A stretch of DNA of 64,000 nucleotides from Octopus vulgaris (Eukaryota): the NCBI GenBank assembly GCA_951406725.2, contig OX597822.1:73222001-73286000 (forward strand). The letters are read 5' to 3'. The translations under genes and the position numbers were made by a program. Under the pieces are notes generated by a model. The model ran no database searches. It saw nothing but the letters and a program-made list of their open reading frames with translations, and was not told where the DNA came from. Of this stretch, positions 53,481-64,000 are shown piece by piece. Position 1 is the stretch's first letter; the number at the start of each line of letters is the position of its first letter.

Positions 53481-53848
53481 GGCAGTTTGTCTGTGTGTGT
53501 TTCTGTGTGTCTGTTAGGTTGTACCCTCACCCTGATCACGGCTTTCAACCGATTCTGATGAAACTTGACACACACATAGCCCAATGTCATAATTCAAAAC
53601 TAACGCAGCGAAAATTTTGAAAAGTTCCCCCAGTTCTGAAAAAAATCGATAAATTCGACATGGGGTCGAGAATCAGAAACACAAACCACAGACTGTCTAG
53701 GGGACGCAACTCCACCTTTTTAACTCTCAAAAATAAATTTACCATAATTTTTTTCCCATTTTTTTGCTATTTTTTGGCTATAACTCTCTAAAAATGCTTT
53801 ATAGTTATTTCCTTTACAAACCCGAGCAACGCCGGGCAATACTGCTAG
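53470..53848 (+). mobile_element. Non-autonomous Helitron (short form)
   Basis: Near-identical reverse complement of 18085-18460. Ends CCCGAGCAACGCCGGGC-AATACTG-CTAG|T. Confidence 0.85.
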
Positions 53849-56565
53849 TACATTTATAAATATATAGATACATATGTTTAAATGTATGTAAATATACATA
53901 TATAAATGCATGTACTCATATGGTTATATACATACGTTTATTTATACATACATTGATACATTGATACATATGCTAGTACATATATATGTATGTGTGAGTG
54001 AATAATATATATAGAGAGATAGAGAGATGGCTTTTTGTGACACAACAGACAACATCACTAAAAATCATACCTCCATAAAGTCAATATCCCTTTATTAATA
54101 TTTGCAGTTTGAAGTTCATTTGTTGGTATGTCGACATTTGTTGAGACACTCCTCTGTGGTTGGAGCTGTCCCGGTTGTCGAAAACCAAGAAAATGTAACA
54201 GGTGTTGAAATACTCTTCAAGGAAATCGAATAAAAATCGGAAACCAATACAGATTAAACATCTCAGGATCATCTTTTAATGACCTATTTCTACAGAGGCG
54301 TAGATAGGGAATCTCTGTTGAATATTTCATTACGTATCGTTCTGTATTTGACGGTTATGAATTAACTTCGCATTTTTCATTGCCTAAATTTTGACGGAAA
54401 CAATACGAGTTGTATACAGCCGTATGTCCATTTTATTCAATCAATTCTTACTTACTCCATGGAGAAGACTCACATAAAGCAGATACAAATAGATTAGGAA
54501 TGAAAATCTAGCAGTAACCAAACAAGTGTGGACATTAACCTAAACAGTAACAGTACAGGAATAATCGGTTTATCGTGTGTATTTCATAAACACATTTTTC
54601 GGATTATTACGCATCTGAAAATTTGATTATCCATTTTTTTAACCTTAGGATTGAAAAGTATTTAATAAATATGCTATATTGATGAATTATCGGCTACTTT
54701 ACAACTCGTAAATAAACCACTACTTGTTAAAAAGGGGATTATAACGGATAACTTCACACCAATATTAATAAAAAGTATTTAATAAGTATTTTCATCTTAG
54801 GAAGAATATAGGTTGTCGTCAGACATTTTTGTGTATCTTATTTTGGAAATATTCCTATGTTTCTGTAATGAGAAGCACGTCTTTTACTTCTACTTTTCAC
54901 GAACACATTCCCGGGTATTTTGAACAGGATTTCCATAAAACCTGAGTTCTAGAAAAGCAAATTGAACAAATAGAAAGGGGGAAAAAAGCAGACAAACAAG
55001 CAGATATTTGCACAGCGTAGAAAGAAAAACAAATTTAAACGCGGAAACCAACAACGAAGGCAGTGAAAAAAAAATGTCAGGAACCTTTCTGCAAATATCA
55101 CCTGCCAAAAAGTATTCCTGACTATGGTCATCTCTGAGACCAAAAAACTGTGAGATAAGTATATCACAAAAACTTCTGCCTCTTTCCCTGGTGATTTTCA
55201 TCGAATAAAGGACAAAGGAAAAATGACATGGCTGTACCTTTCAAACGACAGAACAGTTTGCATTATGTTCCCAAAAAAGCTGCTGAATGAACGTCTAGTC
55301 GATATATGGAATATTGTGCTCTCTATCAAACTAGGAAAAACGTTTGGGATTGTCTATATGCTGTTTAAGAGTAAAGGCCATTTGAATCGTTGGGTTGATT
55401 TCTTATGCCAGCTGTCAAGGGCTCGTATGCAATATAGATAGGAGCTGGACATAAGATTCACATTCACTGACACCGGTAGTGATAAGGACACTGGAATAGT
55501 CGTTACTTCTGCAGTGCAGTACCGTCACATTGTGGGAGCTGAGGTGACCAAAAATATGATACTTGTAGTAAGTATGGTCACACATACAACCGTCGAAGGC
55601 CATAAAGCCATTCGGGACATGTACACCAACATGGGTGAAAAAGAAAAGCAATACAGTTCGTTGTACAGAGCAAAGATCCCAACTCTTAAACATATGGAAA
55701 CGTAAGTTATTTGAGTGTTTTCTGTCCTGTTGAGTAGAAATGGTAGAAGAGGGGAGAAAATGGCGGACGAGCCATCAACAACGGAAACAGGATCCAGAAA
55801 GTATCGTTTCTACAGAAGCACCGGATTCATTTCCCATGGTACCAAACAAACTTGTCCTGGCAGCTAGAGGACAAAGGGGCTCCCTTCCAAGACCAGAACT
55901 GAACCGTCTTGCGATGCTGGGGTCCATTGGGGGTGGAATTGGAGTGGCAACTGGGGCTTATGGCAAAAAAAGGAAAAATAAGCGTAAACATGGAAAAAAT
56001 AACTGAACCCAAAGAAAATGGTTTGAAGATGCATGGTCTGGAAGCCATCTCCACATCAGACGGCGAGGAATACATGGGTTTTCACATCAGACTTGGACAA
56101 CCTGTTGGACAACCTGGAAGGAAACTATGCAGATAGTGTAATAAGTGGAGTGAACTAGGAGCGGAATGTGGTGAAAGGGATGAGTTGCTTTTATCCAAAC
56201 TCGATGGATTTTCAATCGCATAAAGATAGCAACCTAATTTGTGGTTCACGATTTAATTTCAACATTTAAAAAAAATTATTGTGTTTTATATAATTTTATA
56301 TGCGCTCTGTTTTAATATAGCAGTTGTGGACAAGACGGCCCCAGATCTGTTGGGGTCTACAGTGGCCCTAGATGAAAGTTCTGTATCAGACGTATTTCAT
56401 CCATCCCTGTATTCAACATATTTTGTGTACAATGCGTACTTTTTAATCTCATCTTCCCTTCTCTCCCTTTCTTACTCTCATCTTTTTAAGTAACCTTTCC
56501 TCCCAATATTTGTGACCAGTCTTTGTCATTTTATCCGCATCAAATGCTTTTGTGACAAATAAATT

Positions 56566-56615
<50 letters not shown>

Positions 56616-56627
56616 TATTATTATTAC

Positions 56628-56678
<51 letters not shown>

Positions 56679-56825
56679 CATTATTATTAATTTCTGATTA
56701 AGGCTCAAGGCTAATAATCTTGGGGAAGAAGTTTACGTTAACATCGATCCTGGTACTTGACTGGTACTTTAATTTATCACCCCTCGGAAAGAAGCAAGGA
56801 AAATTTACCTCTGTGTAAAAAAATT

Positions 56826-58337
56826 TTGTTGTTGTTATTATCATTATATTGCTGGGTATGATGGAAAGCGTCTGCTGTCCACAACCAGCAGACTAAGGTG
56901 GCACTTGCTTTACTAGTCATGCTTCAAGAACCCTGCGAAGAATTCTTGCACTTCCGAGCAGTGCTGACTTTTGTAGGTGTTCTACCTTTGCACTTGCACC
57001 AATCTTTTTCAGCCAAGTTGATAGTTGAGTGCTGATACTTCCAAGTGAACTAATTACTATTGGTATCACGTCTACTCTCTTCATTGAATACAACCTTCGT
57101 ATCTCCCACTTTCAATCGTCATAGCTGTTTATTTTTTCTTCTTTCACATTGATCTTGTTGTCACCGGGGCATGCTATGTCGATTATTATACATGTTCTTC
57201 GTTTTTTATTCACCACAACAATGTCCAGTTTCCGATGTCTGGTCAGGTGATCGCACTGAATCATAGCATCTCACAGGATTTTGCAATTTTCCTTTTCGGT
57301 GACTCCTGGGGGTTTGCTGATATCACGTCTTTGCTCATTGTAGGCCGCGATTTCCACAGAGTTCTCAATGGATCATTCTTGCCACATTGTCATGGCGTCT
57401 TTTCCATTCGCGTTGTTCCAATTTCGGGCATTCACAAACGATGTGCCATACCGTTTCACCCCTCTCACCGAAAATCCTGCATTTGTCGCTAGCGGTAGTG
57501 TTGTCTTTTCTGCACTTCATATAATTTGCCCTTAACGCTTGTCCCTGAGCTGTGCATATGAGTGCTTCTGTCTCTATCTTCAGGTCACTCCTCCTCATCC
57601 ATAGCCACTGGTCCTCTGCATCTGTCTTAGAGTTCACATCTCTTGCAAACTGACTGTACATTTTCTTTTCCTTTCATGCTATTTTTTTGTTCATTTCTTG
57701 TTTAAATACTTCTATAGTTACACAGTTTGATGACGCCGGCCTCCTTCGTGTGTTTCAGCAGTGGCTCCATGACATATTTCTATATATACCACCCTAGGCT
57801 GTTTTCCTCTGCTTTGATACAGTCCTGGAAACTAACCATGACTCTCCCACCCTTCTGTCTGAACAAGTACAATCTTTCAGTGTCACTCTTAAGGTGGAAG
57901 GCTCCGTGTACTGTCAACATTTTTTCTGGTCTTGCTATCCATTTTCTTCATTTCTCTCTCTTGCCATTTTATAATTCTTGCTCCATATTATCAGCGTGGA
58001 TTTTATTCCATCCAGTCAATTTTGAGCGCAGCACCAACCTCAGTCTTCGGAAATATTCCATCCTCAGTTGCTCTTTCATTTCCTTTTCCATTATCTCGTT
58101 GAGCTCTAGTACACCAAGGTATTTGTATCTTTCCGTTTCAATTTGCTTAATCAAATCTCTATTCGGTAATTCTATCCATGCTACGGACAGTATCTTGCCC
58201 CTTTTATGCAGATTATTCTGCACTTCTTGAGTCCAAATTCCATTCTAATGTCACTACTAAACCAGTAGACCGTGTTCACCAAGCAACGCACTTGTGTCTC
58301 ATTTTTGCCATACAGTTTCAGATCATCCATGAAGAGG
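56826..58337 (-). mobile_element. 5'-truncated, decayed R4/Dong-like non-LTR retrotransposon (RT end, zinc knuckle, RLE endonuclease)
   Basis: LFMDDLKLYGKNE...MEFGLKKC (58337 downward), YKYLGVLE, KCR...ETVWHIVCECPKL...KRRHDNVA, and DIVVV..CIIIDIACP...IPIVISSLG. Ends in a TAA/CAA-repeat tail. Confidence 0.9.
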
Positions 58338-58553
58338 TCACTGAGCATTCAAACAGTGAACTAGTTTTTCGTTAGATCCAGACTTCTTTTTGCTTGCTTA
58401 AAGCCTACATTCCTAAAATTCACACCTCTATCCATTCATAGACATATGTTACAATACAATTCTGAATCTATTGTTGAAAGCACATGTATTTCCTCTTTCA
58501 CTCTTTCTCTCTTTTTCTCTTTGTCTTCTTACCCCCACTCTCTCTATGGCCCC

Positions 58554-58607
<54 letters not shown>

Positions 58608-58724
58608 TCACATACACACACTCACACACTATCTCCTACTACTTTTGAAGATATCGTAAAATTCAAACAGTAAGCTAGTTTTTCGTTAGATTCATACTTA
58701 AAGCCTAAATTCAAAATATTATTA

Positions 58725-58788
<64 letters not shown>

Positions 58789-59039
58789 CATCATCATCAT
58801 CATCTTCTTTCACTTCAGTTTTCATTTCTTGCCGAGTGTTTTCCTGACACTTAGGCCACAGAAACGAAGTGTATACATTGGTAGGCCATTAAAATAAACA
58901 CACCAGATTGTTCGTTTACAAAGGTATGTGATAGAGAAAAAGGGGAAAATAAAAATGGAAAAGGAAACAAACAAAAGGAAGGGGGCAGGAAAGAAAATTC
59001 ACATCGACAATGCTCTTCTCAGTACGTGTGACGTAAATT

Positions 59040-59290
59040 TATATAACTTTCCAGAAGTTTACCATTTATGTATATATGCGCATGTCTATACATGAAACTA
59101 TATGCATGAGAATACATACATAAAACAAAACAAATCTGCACATGTACTGATTCCAAATACTGCACACTAATATGCACATACATGCAAAAATACCGTATTG
59201 ATGTTGAAATTCCAATGAAGGAACCTTGTATTTAGGTTAGAATTCGGTTCTTTATTGACAAGCAATCTTGAAATGAATCTGAATAATGAT
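59040..59290 (+). mobile_element. 3' terminal fragment of the LINE family seen at 2185-2571
   Basis: TTCCAGAAGTTTACCATTT...GTTGAAATTCCAATGAAGGAACCTTG...AATCTTGAA...CTGAATAAT matches the reverse complement of 2185-2370. Confidence 0.7.
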
Positions 59291-60002
59291 ATACACATGT
59301 GTACAAGTGTAGGTACGTACACATGCGACTGCTTAGCTCAGCAATACGCTACCTTTTCTTTGTCATGACCACAGTATTTTTTTGCTCTATCATCTAAGAA
59401 TGTACCAAAACATTGACCAAATAAAACCAAAACTCAATGTTCAAGCAACAGTTAAATGTTTGATGTTTGAAATTACTTCAAAGATATTCATCGCCCAAAG
59501 TGTATAAGTTTGTATTTGCAAGCATAAAGTAATCGATCCTGAAATTGTTTAATGTAGGGAAATATTTTATAACGAAACTATTTCTCAGAAAGCATTCATT
59601 TGATCATAAAAGTAATCGACAAAAACCCATGCTATCCACTGGTGATGATTGTTCCCCATTGTGCACTTTTTGCACGGGTTAACTTCGTGTTCTGAAGAGA
59701 TCGTTTTCCTACAAATCTCACACCGATATTCACGAGTATTTCTGCGTAAGGTTAATTTTGCTTACTATGTATCGGTTGGTACAAGGAGATTGAAAATCGC
59801 GCTTGCCACTGTACAAGGCAATGCAGCTAGCACCCACTCGTCACTGTCAATCTGTTTTTCAAGTGAAATGCTTCTACTTATTATTATCTATATCTTATTT
59901 CTCTTCACCGTTTTCGCTAAACAAAACATTGGGGTGTTAACTTTATCACAACGGCTAACATCCTCTTGGTAGCTACATAATGACAACATTTATAAAATAT
60001 AT

Positions 60003-60316
60003 GTCATCACATGATCACGTAACCGACCAGGCCATCAGATGTTACTACACATTGCTGGTCACAATGCGCTTCGCATTGTTTTAGCCTTCAATGACGCCAC
60101 CTTGTTGGCTAAGCGAGCAGGCCAACAGACGAAAGAGTGAGAGAAAGTTGTGGTGAAAGAGTACAGCAGGGATCACCACCACCCACTGCTAGGGCCTCGT
60201 GGAGCTTTTAGGTGTTTTCGATCAATAAACATTCACAAAGCCCGGTCTGGGAATCGAAACCGCGATCCTACGACCACGTGTCCGCTGCCCTAACCACTGT
60301 GCCATTGCCGCACCAC
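60003..60316 (-). mobile_element. SINE family C (tail variant 3)
   Basis: Same tRNA head and body as 33388, but a different 3' tail. Confidence 0.85.
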
Positions 60317-60395
60317 AATATATGAACTGATATGTAATAGGCGCAGACGTGGCTGAGTGGTAAGATGTGTCTTTCTCAATCACATATAACTACAT

Positions 60396-60470
<75 letters not shown>

Positions 60471-60565
60471 CATACACACATACGTATATGTAGACATTAT
60501 TGATATGGCATACTTAATTTATGTGATTAAGCATTGTGAAAATGTGGCACTACGTCCAGAGTAAA

Positions 60566-61477
60566 CCCTTTTAAAGACATATTGCATTCAAAAATACAGA
60601 ATACCTTGAAGCAAAGCTAAGCGAAAGGAAAACGCCCCGAGGTGAGAGTGACAGCTATTTATATTTCGCAGTCAATTGCGCTTTCAGTGCAATGAACTCA
60701 TTGACCGCCAAAATAGCCTGGTTCGGTCGGCTAATGGTATGTATACATACAGCTTTTACACTATTTGTACACATACTTCTAGCTGACCAAAGCAGGTCAT
60801 TTCGCTGGTGGATGAGTGTATGGTACTGTGGAGCGGTCATTTCGCTGGTGGACGTGTGTATGGTACTGTGGAGCAGGTCATTTCGCTGGTAGACGAGTGT
60901 ATGGTACTGTGGAGCAGGTCATTTCGCTGGTGGACGTGTGTATGGTACTGTGGAGCAGGTCATTTCGCTGGTAGACGAGTGTATGGTACTGTGGAGCAGG
61001 TCATTTCGCTGGTAGACGAGTGTATGGTACTGTGGAGCGGTCATTTCGCTGGTGGACGTGTGTATGGTACTGTGGAGCAGGTCATTTCGCTGGTAGACGA
61101 GTGTATGGTACTGTGGAGCAGGTCATTTCGCTGGTAGACGTGTGTATGGTACTGTGGAGCAGGTCATTTCGCTGGTAGACGAGTGTATGGTACTGTGGAG
61201 CGGTCATTTCGCTGGTGGACGTGTGTATGGTACTGTGGAGCAGGTCATTTCGCTGGTAGACGAGTGTATGGTACTGTGGAGCAGGTCATTTCGCTGGTAG
61301 ACGAGTGTATGGTACTGTGGAGCAGGTCATTTCGCTGGTGGACGTGTGTATGGTACTGTGGAGCGGAAACAACCGCGAAATATCGATATGCGACACTCTT
61401 TTTCCCTTCTGGGGCGAACTGGTATCGTCTAGCTTTGAAGTTTGCTATGTTTTTCAACACAATACATCTTTAAAGGG
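60566..61477. mobile_element. Long-TIR non-autonomous DNA element (CCC...GGG ends) containing a minisatellite
   Basis: ~105-bp imperfect inverted repeats 60566-60673 / 61370-61477 (CCCTTTTAAAGACATATTG vs CCCTTTAAAGATGTATTG, shared CGCCCC and ATATTTCGC). Confidence 0.6.
60791..61366 (+). repeat. 41-bp minisatellite, 14 units
   Basis: Unit AGCAGGTCATTTCGCTGGT(A/G)GACG(A/T)GTGTATGGTACTGTGG. 40-bp variants at units 2, 7 and 11. Confidence 0.97.
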
Positions 61478-63099
61478 ATCTTCATCAGACGAAATAACTC
61501 AGCTGTACGGCGTTTAATCTTGCACATGCTTTAAGTATGTCATATTAATAATAGTTAGATTATTTAATCCACTTCAGAATAAATTTCCGTACGCTGATCC
61601 ATACATACACACAAACCCACACTCACACATATACACACACACATACATTCACACAGCCATTCACACATACACACACACACACAAACACAGACTTATATAT
61701 GTGTGTGTGTATGTATGGCGATTTGTGTTTGTCCCACACCACCGCTTGAAAATGGTGTTGATTCGCTTATATTCCCTTAATTTGGTGGCTCGGCAAAATA
61801 AGTGTGCATTCATTTGTTCGACTAAACCGGTCAAGATAGTGCCCCAGCATGGCCGCAGTCCAATGACTGAAACAAAGACAAAAGAGACAAAGGATAATAA
61901 TAAGTGGAAGCAATTCACTTCAAAAACAGATTAGCAGAAGAGAAGAGGGCATGTTGTCAGCATCGTCTTGTACAATGGCTAAACCGTTTTTCAAACAACT
62001 TGCTTGAAAAAGATTTTAAACCAAAGTCAGACAAAAATAATTCTGTGAAATAAGTGCAAACATCAGTGATTTCAAAAATGAAAAAGATTGAAAATAAAAT
62101 TGGTAGACGATCTAGAACTTTTGGATTTTTTCTTTTCTTTTTTCGCTTCTGTTTATGTTCTGCCAATCAATTGGCAAAACCATAGAAACACCACAATTAA
62201 GAAAATGCTTAGAAGCATAGTGGCATCTCTGAGTAGACTGTGCCCACCATAGTGGAATCTCAGAATAGACAGTGTCTCCTATTCCAAGGATATAAAGTTA
62301 TACCAACCGGTCTTATGTCATCAGACCAGATTGTATAACATTGACATAACGTTGCAAACCAAAACAGGGTCCAAAACAGAGGGATTTATGATTGAGGAAA
62401 ATGTCTGTTTCATTATCCTTTTTGATTTCGGGTATTCTGAGAAACCTATCGGTATTTAAGTGGCAGGAAAGTCTAAAAAATCCGAAGTGTGGGATTGAAA
62501 ATGAAGTTAAAGATGTACAAAAACGAATTTGCGTTTCATAAGTAAGCGAAACGAATAATGAAATGCTTAAAAGCTGGTTGTCAAATGTCATTACCATAAG
62601 GTTTCCTTTTTATTTATCATGTAAACAGTAACTGCAAATCGACAGCTCATCTCGAAATGTGAACGAATAATTCTATTTGAAATTTTAAGACAGAGAAATA
62701 TATACCTGGATTTCTATGCATGTCCAATTGCTTGTTCGTTCCTCTTACTCATGATAGTCAAGTTTCGTTTTGTTCATTCCCAACTTCATGTTCTTCAATC
62801 TCAATCGTACTCATACATGTTCCTAAAGCGAACGAGAACCATAACGTCTGTACAAATTTAATGGCGTCGTTGTTCCTTGTCCTGGTGATCAATAAACATA
62901 CAACTCTTTCCTAAGTGCATAAATGTCACCGTGGCTCACTAAACGCGCTTTTTATGGCTTATTTCTGGGATTTGTGACCGACATTCTGTATCACTGACTT
63001 AGTTCATGCTGTTCAAACTTCAATAAAAGGGTATTGTTTCTGTGTTGGGCTCGCATTTTCTTTCATAACATTCATTTTAAAAATAAAGCAAGAACATAA

Positions 63100-63286
63100 A
63101 CAGATAGAGATATGAAAAGCAGACAAACAGACGGACAGATAGATACATACATACATACAGACATATATACATATATACATACATACGTACGTATATACAT
63201 ACATATAGAGACAGTTAGACAGAAAAACAGATAGACAGAAAGACAGACAGACAGATAAATATATAGATAGATACATAGATAGCTAC

Positions 63287-63362
<76 letters not shown>

Positions 63363-63512
63363 GTGAAGAGAGAGACAGACACTCAGACAGACAGATGGCT
63401 AGATACATACATACATAAAGAGTCAGACATACAGATAGACAGAAGACAGACAACAGACAGACAGATAGACAGACAGATAGACAGATAGACAGACAGATAG
63501 ATAGATAGATAA

Positions 63513-63579
<67 letters not shown>

Positions 63580-63685
63580 CATACATACATACATACATAC
63601 ATACATACATACATACATACATACATACATACATACATACATACATACATACATACATACATACATAGAGGGAGAGAGAGAGATA
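63100..63685. repeat. Compound (TAGA)n/(CAGA)n/(CATA)n microsatellite
   Basis: Directly visible. Confidence 0.95.
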
Positions 63686-64000
63686 TGTTTCTTTTTTGGC
63701 CACATATGGCTTTTCTTTTTGAGAGGTAAAAAAGAGGCGGGATAGTATTTCCATCAAAGGGATCGTGGAGAAAAAAGTGGGTAGGGGTGATCAATAGGGA
63801 TCGTGTGTCACAGAAAGGTCATAATTTAAAAAGGGGTAACAGATTAGGTTTATCCATGGAAAGAAAAGCCTACGGAAAAGACCACGATAACCTTGAGCAA
63901 TAATATCATGCAAAAAACACATTACAGTAAGTGACTCTCTATTTTCCACGGCCGGCCCCGTGTTTCACGAGCCATACCTGTAGTGCCTTTCCCGAACGGG

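Noticed and set aside
60791-61366. CRISPR-like array
   Set aside because: Units are contiguous and near-identical with no unique spacers. There are no cas genes and the context is eukaryotic, so this is a minisatellite.

Overview
AT-rich, repeat-saturated eukaryotic (animal) DNA with no confidently identifiable host protein-coding exon. The dense (TA)n/(TG)n/(CAT)n/(TAGA)n microsatellites and the tRNA-derived SINE families look like a cephalopod genome, most likely Octopus (inference from recognition, not verified). Nearly all ORFs in the track are microsatellite translations. Real coding content is transposon-derived: a near-intact 1.29-kb DD34D mariner nested in a SINE, a decayed Tc1, an internally deleted mariner, a decayed hATm-like transposase, and R4/Dong-like RLE LINE fragments. 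There are also non-autonomous Helitrons, MITEs, three SINE families and a 41-bp minisatellite carried inside a long-TIR element. The most interesting signal is a set of minimal type-I hammerhead ribozyme motifs. One sits in a composite element (tRNA head, (AAT)n, hammerhead) with an inverted copy of its hammerhead tail showing stem-I covariation (41991-42367). Another has a ~90-nt extended stem II (13634-13750).
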